Shown one piece after another: positions 46,341-54,925 of a stretch of 64,000 nt of DNA. Every line of letters begins with the position of its first letter. Within the stretch, counting starts at the first letter, position 1. The notes beneath the pieces are model-generated. The model searched no databases. It was given only the letters and a program-made list of their open reading frames with translations, and was not told the DNA's origin. The stretch is from a virus: positions 1,802 through 65,801 of the IMG/VR virus record IMGVR_UViG_3300015242_000023; one strand, 5' to 3'. Both the position numbers and the translations under genes were made by a program.

Positions 46341-46985
46341 CTATTCCTTCGGCACCGCAATCGGCTCGTAGGTGTGGCTGATTTTCGGATCGGCGCCGAG
46401 GCGCGCGCCGTCGTTGCGCTGAAACGTCGTGCCGGCCGCCGGCGCGCCCAGGCGCTGACGATTGATCTCCAGACGCTCCATCGCCTTGCGCTTCTCGCGG
46501 ATGCGCTGGGCATCGGTCACGATGCGTGGGCACTCCATCAGGATCTGGCCGCCTCGCTCGATCAGTTCGAAATGGCCGCGGGTGGGCATGAGTTCCGGAT
46601 GGCGAGCCGCTGGCACCGCGCGCCAACCTGCCATCTCGAGCGCCACCATCTCGCCCGGGTTCTCGGCGCCGAGCACGGTGCGCGTCTTCCACTGGTATTC
46701 CCAGCCGTCGGGCTCGATACCCCGCGGCAATTGGAAGTCGTCGTGGAAGTCCGTGTCCTGACCGGCGGTGCGTTCGAGAATTTCGCGGCCCTCGCGTTCG
46801 GCCCTTTCCCGGCTGGTCTCAGGGCGAAGTTCACTGCGCTGATCATCGCGCGGCGGTGCTGCGGCGGCGCGATCGGGTGCCGCTGTGGCGATTGCGTTGT
46901 CCTTGCTGAAATCCACATCCGGCGTCTCTTCCTGTCGCTGTGACTGTCGACGGCGGCGCGGCCGTGCTGGTGCTGATGTTTCCAT
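46341..46985 (-). CDS. Head-module conserved hypothetical protein
   Basis: RBS GAGGAG; PDGWEYQWK...GW..VP...HPE...IERGGQILMECP pattern. Confidence 0.7.
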   Translation of the reverse strand: METSAPARPRRRRQSQRQEETPDVDFSKDNAIATAAPDRAAAAPPRDDQRSELRPETSRERAEREGREILERTAGQDTDFHDDFQLPRGIEPDGWEYQWKTRTVLGAENPGEMVALEMAGWRAVPAARHPELMPTRGHFELIERGGQILMECPRIVTDAQRIREKRKAMERLEINRQRLGAPAAGTTFQRNDGARLGADPKISHTYEPIAVPKE

Positions 46986-46999
46986 GATGCTTCTCCTCC

Positions 47000-47929
47000 T
47001 CAGTGCGGCTTGCCGATTTTGCCCTCTTTGATCAGGGCCTGCTTCGCCAGCCAATACTCTTCTGGCGTCTGCTTGTTGTTGCGGGCGATCTCCGCCTCGT
47101 CCGGCGTCAGGGTCGCGAAACGACCCGTCTTGGTGCTGCTCGATCCGTTGCCGCTGCGGGATGGCGGCGCCGCCGGTGGAGCTGCGGACGAAACTTGGCG
47201 ACCACCGGTGGCTTGCGATGCCTCCGATGCAGCGCCGTTGGTTGCGACAGCCTGAATGCCCAATGTGCGGTTGACCGATTCGAAATACTCGTCGGTCTCC
47301 GCCGTCAAGCCATCCGTCTCGGCGAGGTTGTGAGCCGCCAGCATGCGGCGGTACTTGTTTTGGTCGCGGGCATATTCGGGATGTGCCCGCACCCACGCTG
47401 CGGCGCGCGGGGCGCCGTTGGTGTCCATGAAGTGCGCCAGGCTTTCGACAGGATCGGAACGCCGAGTTGGCACCGGATCGGCCGGCGGCGGCCGTGTCTC
47501 GACGTCGATCTTCTTCGCCTTCAGATTCGCGATGTCGGCCGTCATCGTCGTGAACTGCTCTTGCAGATCGGCGGCGATCTCCCAGTTCTGCGCGTTCTGC
47601 GCCTCAATCAGGCGCGTCTTGACCAAGTCCTTTTCGCGGCCGGTCGATTCGATTGCGTCATCGATCAACTGGATCTGCGTGTTGTGGACGGTGGTGCGCG
47701 CTTCGCGAGCGGTGCCCTCAGCTTGAGTAGCCCGATGGGTCGCGTCGGCCGCACGCTGGTTCGCCTCGGCGAGCTTCTTCTTGAGCTCGGCGACGCCTTC
47801 TTCGTTGCCGCGTTCGACATCCTTGATGTCGTTCTCTTCGGCGACCAACGGTTCTGCGGTGCCCTCGTCGCCCTGCTTCTTCTGCAGCTCGTCGACCTTG
47901 TCCAGGTCGACCTGTACTTCGTCTGCCAT
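47000..47929 (-). CDS. Capsid scaffolding protein
   Basis: Acidic coiled-coil N-terminus, Pro/Ser linker, C-terminal LTPDEAEIA...PEEYWLAKQ helix-loop-helix. Confidence 0.7.
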   Translation of the reverse strand: MADEVQVDLDKVDELQKKQGDEGTAEPLVAEENDIKDVERGNEEGVAELKKKLAEANQRAADATHRATQAEGTAREARTTVHNTQIQLIDDAIESTGREKDLVKTRLIEAQNAQNWEIAADLQEQFTTMTADIANLKAKKIDVETRPPPADPVPTRRSDPVESLAHFMDTNGAPRAAAWVRAHPEYARDQNKYRRMLAAHNLAETDGLTAETDEYFESVNRTLGIQAVATNGAASEASQATGGRQVSSAAPPAAPPSRSGNGSSSTKTGRFATLTPDEAEIARNNKQTPEEYWLAKQALIKEGKIGKPH

Positions 47930-47941
47930 GGGTTTCCTCCG

Positions 47942-48340
47942 TTACCAGATCAAATCTGGCTGGTCGATCACCATCCGGACCGCGGTGTCGGTGACCAAGC
48001 GGCACTTCACGCTGCCCAACGCCATCGGGAATCCATCGGATGGACGGATAGCCACCCAATCGTAGAGCACGGGCCGCACGTTGGAAAACCAGCCCTTCTC
48101 CGGGTCCGGCGCAAAGGCCGTCTCGCCCATCATCACGATCAGGCACGCCTTGCCCTGGAACTGCTCCTCGTCCCGGTATTTGTCGGGCAGGTGGATGCCG
48201 GCTTTCGTCTGCGCCGGCCGGTCATAGATGGCGACCAGCACTTGGTTGTTCATGCACTTGGCCCGATCCAGGAAGGGCTTCAGCTTGTTCAGCAACACGT
48301 CTTTGGGGTCCGTTTCATGGACCATTGCCATTGGCGGCAT
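47942..48340 (-). CDS. groES: GroES-like co-chaperonin
   Basis: NNQVLV...QTKAGIHLP...GKACLIVMMG...KCRLVTDTAV pattern. Confidence 0.8.
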   Translation of the reverse strand: MPPMAMVHETDPKDVLLNKLKPFLDRAKCMNNQVLVAIYDRPAQTKAGIHLPDKYRDEEQFQGKACLIVMMGETAFAPDPEKGWFSNVRPVLYDWVAIRPSDGFPMALGSVKCRLVTDTAVRMVIDQPDLIW

Positions 48341-48341
48341 C

Positions 48342-48536
48342 TCATCTCCTCATGAGTTCAGTTTTGGCTTGGTCGATCAGATCGAGGGCCAGCCTAAGCC
48401 CAGCGATCTCGCCCGCCTTCCGGCGGTACTCCTTGCCCGACAACTTGCCGGCGGCAATCTGTTCCTTGATCTCTTCCACAGCGGCCTCGACCCGCTTGCG
48501 GGTGGCCTGGTCGAGAGCTTCGTTGAAAGTGGCCAT
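48342..48536 (-). CDS. Small helical head-module protein
   Basis: EYRRKAGEIAGLRLAL; precedes GroES-like gene. Confidence 0.6.
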   Translation of the reverse strand: MATFNEALDQATRKRVEAAVEEIKEQIAAGKLSGKEYRRKAGEIAGLRLALDLIDQAKTELMRR

Positions 48537-48543
48537 TCAAAAA

Positions 48544-49152
48544 TTAGGCGGTTGGTTCGGGGGCGACAGCCGCGGGAGGAGCCGCAAACCCGTCGCCCCC
48601 TGTTCGCGTCAGGGCCAAGCCAGACTCTGCCGCGCATCCCGTCTCCCGTTTTAAGAGATTATATTTCTGCTGCCGATCACTCTGGGCTGCCCGACGCTCG
48701 GGTGTCCATTTCTTGCCGGCCAGACTTAGTGCGGCCCGCTGCTCGGCAGTCAGATTCCGGTTCCGCTTGGCCAAACTCATTTTGGCGCGAGCTTCTGGCG
48801 TGTGCTTCCGGCCCGGCCGGTCTGTTTTACTGGCCGCTATCCTCTTTCGGCATTCAAGAGAGTGCTTCCATCCGGAAACGCCTTCTCCTCCCTCTGTCAT
48901 ATTGCAAAGATCGGCGAGCGGATAAAAGGCGATCCTTCCCTGCTCCATCGTGAACGCTGCTTCTTCGGTGAGATTTTGGGCGACAATCCGCACATCTACT
49001 GCCATGCCCAGCGCGATCAACTCCGATTGTATTGCGCGATGGTGTCGGCTGCGCCCGCGCATTCTCCAAGCGCGTCGGCCGTTGCCCTTTCCCACGTAGA
49101 AGCAGGCGTCGGTATCGGGGCGCCAGTGCTCGTAGACGTAGAAACTATCCAT
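48544..49152 (-). CDS. GIY-YIG homing endonuclease with NUMOD3 repeats
   Basis: FYVYEHWRPD...FYVGKG, LCNMTEGGEG, HSLECRKRI / HTPEARAKMS. Confidence 0.85.
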   Translation of the reverse strand: MDSFYVYEHWRPDTDACFYVGKGNGRRAWRMRGRSRHHRAIQSELIALGMAVDVRIVAQNLTEEAAFTMEQGRIAFYPLADLCNMTEGGEGVSGWKHSLECRKRIAASKTDRPGRKHTPEARAKMSLAKRNRNLTAEQRAALSLAGKKWTPERRAAQSDRQQKYNLLKRETGCAAESGLALTRTGGDGFAAPPAAVAPEPTA

Positions 49153-49176
49153 GGCGGCGCATGGCTTCCGATCTGG

Positions 49177-50037
49177 TCACCCTACGCGCTCCTGTAACTT
49201 GATCTTCTGCAGCCGGCCCTCACCGCTGCCGGCGCCTGCCGTCATGCCACCGCTGGCGCGCTTGCTGCGCTTCTGGAGCGCGATCTTTTCGAGACGGCCC
49301 TCACCCCCGCCTGCACCATAGTGCATCACCGGGCCGCCATCCTTGCGTCCCATGGGCATCGGCGGACCTCCTGGCGGCATCGGCGGCGGCCCACCCGGAG
49401 GCGGACCACCAGCCATCGGTCCGGGAGGAGGCATTGGCGGCGGCATCGGCTTGATCGGTCCCTGCGGGCCTTGCTGCATCGGATCGGGCTTCGGCCCACC
49501 GCCGGCGATCACGATGTTGATCGTCGCAGCCTTGCCGCCGTTCTTGCGCGCAGCACGACCGCCCTTCTTGTAGCCGCCCGTGTGATACGAGCCAAAAGCC
49601 GCCTTGTTCGCGCCGGCCGTGTCGATCGTGCTCTCAGCGCCGGGCGTGTCGGCTCGGCCTCCATCGGCGCGCTTGCTGCGCCACGTCGCATAGTTGCGCG
49701 CATATTGGTCCTTCTCCGAATTGCTCATGGCATCGGAGTCTGATGTTAATTTTGCAGCAACAGTCTTTACGGTATCCCCGTAGGCTTTTGATCCGACGCG
49801 CACCTTGCGATCGGCCCGCTGCGGCCCGCGGTCCTTCTGGATCGCGACAGGACCGCCGTGGTTTCGGTAGATGCGGGGACGGACCGGGCGCGCTCCGGTC
49901 TTGCGATCGGCGTTCAGGGCCTCGGTGGGCTCCCACGAGCTGCCGTCCACGCGCTTGTGCGGATCATTGCTCGTGCTCGTCAGACGAATTGCCTTGGCCC
50001 GCATGTCTGCGCGGGCCTTTTTGCTCATCTCTGACAT
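49177..50037 (-). CDS. Basic Gly/Pro-rich internal virion protein
   Basis: Multiple R/K-x-x-GG motifs; duplicated GAG(G/S)GEGRL(E/Q)KI at the C-terminus. Confidence 0.6.
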   Translation of the reverse strand: MSEMSKKARADMRAKAIRLTSTSNDPHKRVDGSSWEPTEALNADRKTGARPVRPRIYRNHGGPVAIQKDRGPQRADRKVRVGSKAYGDTVKTVAAKLTSDSDAMSNSEKDQYARNYATWRSKRADGGRADTPGAESTIDTAGANKAAFGSYHTGGYKKGGRAARKNGGKAATINIVIAGGGPKPDPMQQGPQGPIKPMPPPMPPPGPMAGGPPPGGPPPMPPGGPPMPMGRKDGGPVMHYGAGGGEGRLEKIALQKRSKRASGGMTAGAGSGEGRLQKIKLQERVG

Positions 50038-50096
50038 GCGACGGTGCTCCGCTCAGGTTGAGGGAGCACCGTTTTATCACCGCATAACGGATAAGG

Positions 50097-50330
50097 CTAC
50101 TTGTGCTTGGCGGCGCTGTGCGTGCTGTGGGCGGCCTTCGTGCTCTCTTTGATCTCAGCCGCAGACGGCCCCTTCGTCGATGCGGCGCCCAAGCCCTTGT
50201 GATCGTCGATCCAGTCGACCAATGCCTGTAAGTGCTCGCCCATTTCCTGCTGATGACCGGCGCCGCCGCCCTTCAGGGTTTCGGCATAGGCGCGCACTGC
50301 TTCAAGATGCGGGGTGATATCGTGGTTCAT
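50097..50330 (-). CDS. Small hypothetical protein
   Basis: RBS GGAGG. Confidence 0.5.
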   Translation of the reverse strand: MNHDITPHLEAVRAYAETLKGGGAGHQQEMGEHLQALVDWIDDHKGLGAASTKGPSAAEIKESTKAAHSTHSAAKHK

Positions 50331-50373
50331 CGGATGGCCTCCGGTTGTGGATATCTGGCAACGACGCCGAGGC

Positions 50374-50874
50374 TCAGCGGTTGCCGATGGCCAGGGCCCG
50401 TTCAATGATCGACTTTGAGCGCGCTGGCGCCGTCGTCTTTCCCTTCAGCCAGCGCTTGAAAGCATCCACCGACATGCATTCCACGGAGCCGATCCGGGCC
50501 TTACCCTTCCCGTCCGAGAACGCGCTCACGTAGTCGGCGACGGCTTCCTTCTCCGAGCGATAGCCGAGGAGCGCCTTGTGCTCGTCGAACTTCCCCGTTC
50601 GATGATCCCGTTGATTGATGACCACCACGAGGTGGCTGTCAGATATTGGACCGAGATAGACATCGACGTGATCACCATCAGCCCCGGTGGTGCCTCGGAT
50701 ATATCCATAGTCGGCGGGCAGACGAGCGGACCATTTCTTGCCGTTGCCATCGACGCCACTCCTTGTGCTGCCTTTCGTGTTCTCGATCGAAATCGGGATG
50801 CCCTGAAACGATACGCGCTCCTTGGCGTAGTTCCCGGCCTCTTTCTGGCCGTCGGTTGGACGATGGTTGATCAT
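50374..50874 (-). CDS. Stand-alone inorganic-pyrophosphatase-like (InPase) domain protein
   Basis: QKEAGNY...ISIEN..GS.RSG...YGYIRGTTGADGDHVDVY...FDEHKALLGY. Confidence 0.75.
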   Translation of the reverse strand: MINHRPTDGQKEAGNYAKERVSFQGIPISIENTKGSTRSGVDGNGKKWSARLPADYGYIRGTTGADGDHVDVYLGPISDSHLVVVINQRDHRTGKFDEHKALLGYRSEKEAVADYVSAFSDGKGKARIGSVECMSVDAFKRWLKGKTTAPARSKSIIERALAIGNR

Positions 50875-53225
50875 ATTCCGGGCGGCTGGGGCATCTGCAT
50901 GCCGAGCCCTTGCGCCTTCTTCGCCCGATGCTCCTGCTGCTTCTCCACGACCGCCTCGTAGGTAGGCTTCAGCAGCGGCGCGACCAGGGCCGCGCTGTCC
51001 GGATGAACCGAAAGCCGTTCGGCCACGTCGGTCAACTGAATGGCGGCGTCGAGCGTGCCCGCTTCTTCGTCCGCATCCTGCTTCCGCGCAGCCAAGTCGC
51101 CCTTGATTTGCTCGCTAGCCGCCTTGATTTGGGTGTTCTGGTGCTCGAGCTGCAGCTTGCCAGTCGCAAGCCCCGTCTCGCTCTCGGCCTTCTTGGCCCC
51201 GGTCTGCGCCGTCAACATCGTGGCATCAGCCTTCTTAGTCTCGTTGGCGAGCTTCTTCTGCTCCAATTCCAACTCAGGCGGGGGCTTACGCAGCGCGCTC
51301 TCCGGCATCATCATGCTATCCGGGTTGGAATAACCCAGCCCGCGAAGCTGCGCCTTCACCTTGACGATGGGGTCAAGAACGCCAGGGTTGGCCGCCGACA
51401 CTGCGTCGAGCGCCGCCAACTTGATCAGCCGCTGCAGATGGCTGGCCGTGTTCGGATCGGACCGCGGCACAAGCAGGCAGTCATTCACCGCCTTCTCAAA
51501 GGTCTTCTGGTCCCACTTCCGGGCCGGCTTTTTGTTGCACTGCCAGAATGAGCCAGGGTGCAGCCGGAACTGCCGCGCAATCGCCTGCAGCTCGCGCGCC
51601 TGGGCGGCATGGTTGCGCTTGTGTACCGCGCTCAGGAGCTTCTGGGCCTGCTCAACCATCGCCAACATGGTCCCCACCGGGATGTCGGCGCGGCCCTCGG
51701 CGACCTGGACCTGCCCGCTCTGGCCGGCACGCTGGGCCGCCGACACGATGTCCTGCTGCAACTGGAACAGCGCCGCCATGCCGTCGGTCTTGTAGGGCAG
51801 CGGCATCACAGCCTGGTTGATGGGCTGGCCGCCGGTATCGATCGGCGCGCCGCCGCCTGGCGGGATACGGAAGATCAGCGAGTTCTGCCGCCCTGCTGTC
51901 TTGGCGTAGAGGAACCCCGGGAAGTTCGCGAACATGCCCATGTCCAGCATCTCGCGCCACGCTGCGGTCGCCGCATTGGTCATGTTGCCCATGATGTGCA
52001 GCAGGCCGATCGGATAGAAGCCGAAGCCCGGCACGAACGTGTAGTCGATGAACGTTTGCGACACGTTCGACATCGGCAGTTCGTCATCACCCTCAGGCTC
52101 GTCATAGTCCCGCACGATCGACATCACCTTGCGGCTCGAGACGTCGATGGTGATGCGCCACGGTACCGGCAACCCGCTGGGCTTGCCTTTCCACTTATGC
52201 TCAAAGCCCTGAATGTCGTATTCGCAATAGCATTCGTAGATCTCGCGGTCGCGATCCTCCGGCCGGAACGTCGTGGTCGCGATGCCCTGCTGCTCTTTCT
52301 TCTCGTTCTTCAGCGCATCGGGCTTCGGCGGGTTCGGATCGCCTAAGTCGACGTCGGCATAGGCACCAAGGATCTGCATCCGCCTCACCACCGATGGCCG
52401 CTGCATCATCCGGTGCGTGGCGCGGATCGTATTGCCGATGTCGGTCGCCGAGTTGTTGACGATGAAGTCCTCGGTATCGACCCGCTCGCTCACTGGCCGG
52501 TTGCGCATCGGGCAGAAGTAGACCTTCTTGATCCCCAACCCGCTGAAACCCTGCTCAAGCGCCATACGATCGGTGTCCGGGTAATACTCCGTCGCTACCG
52601 TCGTCAGGAAGTGGTTGAAATCATTTTCGTAGTCGTCGGCGAGCTCATCTCGCTCATTGCTGCCGTTGTTGTCGTCATCGGCGATCTTGCACGGCCCGTC
52701 GACCGGCAGCATCTCGCCACGGAAGTTGGCCTGGTACTGCAGCACCGCCTCAAGCATCACCGGATGGCGCACGCGGCTCATGCCCTCGACGGCGGCACCG
52801 TCGGCACTGTCGCCCGCATTCGGCGTCTCGAGCTTCAAGCCCAACATCTTCATCGCGTCGGCGCGCTGGTCGATCCAGTCCTGGCGGCTTTGGATGTCGT
52901 CATCGATCCCGCGCAAGAGATCATCGGCGATGATGCCCAATTCCATCTCGTTGATGCGTCCAACCAGATTGTCGAACCACTTCGGCGGCCCAAGATCCTC
53001 GTCGGGGTCGTCGATGAACCCGCCGTCCGTGCTGATCGTGATCGAACCATCAGAATGCTCCACCCGCAGGACGTTGCCGTCCTTGTCGGTGATCGGATTG
53101 TCGCCGTCGGGGTTCTCTACGATCCGGACTTCAACCGGAAGGTCATCGTTGGCACCGTCTGGCTCATCCTGATTGACCAGACGAAGATTGTGCCCCGAGG
53201 CAAGGCCAGCCGCCATGTCGCTCAC
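50871..53225 (-). CDS. Portal protein
   Basis: 784 aa downstream of terL; DDIQSRQDW...HPVMLEAVLQYQA...GFYPIGLLH...GMFANFPG. Confidence 0.85.
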   Translation of the reverse strand: MSDMAAGLASGHNLRLVNQDEPDGANDDLPVEVRIVENPDGDNPITDKDGNVLRVEHSDGSITISTDGGFIDDPDEDLGPPKWFDNLVGRINEMELGIIADDLLRGIDDDIQSRQDWIDQRADAMKMLGLKLETPNAGDSADGAAVEGMSRVRHPVMLEAVLQYQANFRGEMLPVDGPCKIADDDNNGSNERDELADDYENDFNHFLTTVATEYYPDTDRMALEQGFSGLGIKKVYFCPMRNRPVSERVDTEDFIVNNSATDIGNTIRATHRMMQRPSVVRRMQILGAYADVDLGDPNPPKPDALKNEKKEQQGIATTTFRPEDRDREIYECYCEYDIQGFEHKWKGKPSGLPVPWRITIDVSSRKVMSIVRDYDEPEGDDELPMSNVSQTFIDYTFVPGFGFYPIGLLHIMGNMTNAATAAWREMLDMGMFANFPGFLYAKTAGRQNSLIFRIPPGGGAPIDTGGQPINQAVMPLPYKTDGMAALFQLQQDIVSAAQRAGQSGQVQVAEGRADIPVGTMLAMVEQAQKLLSAVHKRNHAAQARELQAIARQFRLHPGSFWQCNKKPARKWDQKTFEKAVNDCLLVPRSDPNTASHLQRLIKLAALDAVSAANPGVLDPIVKVKAQLRGLGYSNPDSMMMPESALRKPPPELELEQKKLANETKKADATMLTAQTGAKKAESETGLATGKLQLEHQNTQIKAASEQIKGDLAARKQDADEEAGTLDAAIQLTDVAERLSVHPDSAALVAPLLKPTYEAVVEKQQEHRAKKAQGLGMQMPQPPGI

Positions 53226-53527
53226 ACCTCAATGGTGACGAAGTCAAGCTCCTCTCCGAATAGGCGCAAGGCTTCTTTGGCAGCTAGGGTATCCGTTTCC
53301 GCGACCAAACGGTAGTGCCGCTGCTGATGGGGCACCACCCAGGGCGCCGTCAGCACCCGCGCATCGTAGTAGTAGAGCGCTCCATTGCCCCGATCACGCT
53401 CAAGGCAGCGCCCTTCCCGCTCAAGGTGAACCTGAGCCGGCGTCACCTTTGCGCGGCGGCGGTAGGCCGTCAAAGGCCAGCCCATTCGGCAACGCGCTCC
53501 TTCACTTCCTCGTAGGAGCAGTCCCAC
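53222..53527 (-). CDS. Small hypothetical protein
   Basis: GTGA-coupled to the portal gene; start uncertain. Confidence 0.45.
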   Translation of the reverse strand: MGLLLRGSEGARCRMGWPLTAYRRRAKVTPAQVHLEREGRCLERDRGNGALYYYDARVLTAPWVVPHQQRHYRLVAETDTLAAKEALRLFGEELDFVTIEV

Positions 53528-53833
53528 GCCGTAGCCATCGCGTGGAGCGTCTCCTCACCGATGACTAGGCGCGTAGGCTTGACGGCGAGTTTCTGGCCGC
53601 TTTTTGCGATGTCCTCGCGCAACTGCAGTAGGGCCTCCATGAGCGTCATGCAGTCGGTTTGTCCACAGGGGGCGGCGATGCAGCCAACTGCTGAGCGATG
53701 TCGCATCTCAGCCAGCCGCCGCGCAGCAGCGACTCATTGCACGCCTTCGTCGCCGCCGGCCCGAAGTTCCATGGCGTGATCAGATGCGCATGGTCCCGCA
53801 GGAAGCGCTCGCGCAGGAAGGTCTCTACGCTGA

Positions 53834-54094
53834 TCATTTGGCCAGCCCGCTGTTGGCGATCGCCCGCTCGAGGTCAGACGCCAACTGCATGGCCGTGCGC
53901 TTCAGCGTGTCATAACGGTTCGGCTCCGAGAAGTCGTGCCGGACGTTCAGGTGAAGCTGACGAGTTGAAAGATCGCGAAGCATAGCCGCAGCCTTTCCGA
54001 ATTCGGCCATGACAATCCTGTCGCCGGCATCATAGGCCACCTGGAGATCGGATGGCACGGTCTCGTGGTAGGGGCGCATCACAACGGCCATCAC
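53834..54094 (-). CDS. Small hypothetical protein
   Basis: Overlapping start and stop with neighbours. Confidence 0.45.
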   Translation of the reverse strand: MMAVVMRPYHETVPSDLQVAYDAGDRIVMAEFGKAAAMLRDLSTRQLHLNVRHDFSEPNRYDTLKRTAMQLASDLERAIANSGLAK

Positions 54095-54588
54095 TGCCTC
54101 CCGAGCTCGCCGCGCAGCGCCTTGGCAACCTGCGGAGGATCATATGCTTCGATCGCCGCCATCGCCTGTCTGCGACGCGCCTCCCAGGCCGGCGCCAGAA
54201 CACCCGCGTCCAACTGAATGCCCATGCCGCAGACTTCCATATGCGGATCAACATTGTCCGCAGCGCAGATGGCCCGGGCGACACGCTCAACCTGTTCGGC
54301 ACGATCGATCACTGGAAGCGTCTGCAAAGAAGAAACTAAAGCTTGAGCTTGTGCGAGTGACCACGGCCGAACTTCTGCAGGTCGCACAGGCGATAGCGGC
54401 GCATTCTCAACGTCTCGATCAGTTGGCGGACAGGGTAGTGACCGAGCGCGCAGCATCGCGCGGAATATCGCCGGAATCGCCCGAGGAATATCGTAAGCGC
54501 CATCTCCTAAGTAGTGCACTTCTAGAACCTCCGAAGCCGCCTCGATCATCAGAAGAGTAACTTCGATTTCCTCGGGGGGAGAAAGCGA

Positions 54589-54819
54589 ATGTATGAGGAC
54601 AGTGACGACTTCCCAATCAAGTGCCCGCACTGCAAGCACGAGTTTTTCGAGAAAGTCGGAAGCATAAAGGGCCGCCGGCAGAGCATCTGCCTCGGTCCCA
54701 GATGCGGGAAGCGGATCGCCCATCCAGCAGAACAGTTTGCGTTCATTCTGAGCGATGAGGGATGCGATGCCAGAGGTGACTATAGCGGGCGCTTTATGCG
54801 TCTCACAAAGCTCCAGTAG
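54589..54819 (+). CDS. Small zinc-ribbon protein, antisense to the morphogenesis module
   Basis: KCPHCKHEF...ICLGPRCG; RBS GGGGGAG. Confidence 0.5.
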   Translation: MYEDSDDFPIKCPHCKHEFFEKVGSIKGRRQSICLGPRCGKRIAHPAEQFAFILSDEGCDARGDYSGRFMRLTKLQ

Positions 54820-54925
54820 TTCGTCCATCGCCTCTGAAAAAAGGCGAGGACTATGGGTATCACGCTCAATCTGTTCCATTGGCCAATACCTCGTCTTTGT
54901 CGAGAACGGATATACACGTCGGCTC

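Noticed and set aside
46341-47396. Extended 351-aa version of the head-module gene (similarly 38857-39435 and 10540-11052)
   Set aside because: The extensions overlap neighbouring genes in another frame; internal starts with good RBS or stop-start overlap (46985, 39186, 10863) are more plausible.
47003-48355. Long + strand ORFs opposite structural genes (also 21485-22741, 24427-25242, 41046-41792, 51558-52346, 52413-53315, 45150-45908)
   Set aside because: Shadow ORFs expected from high GC3 codon bias; no motifs or RBS, and the opposite strand encodes recognisable phage proteins.
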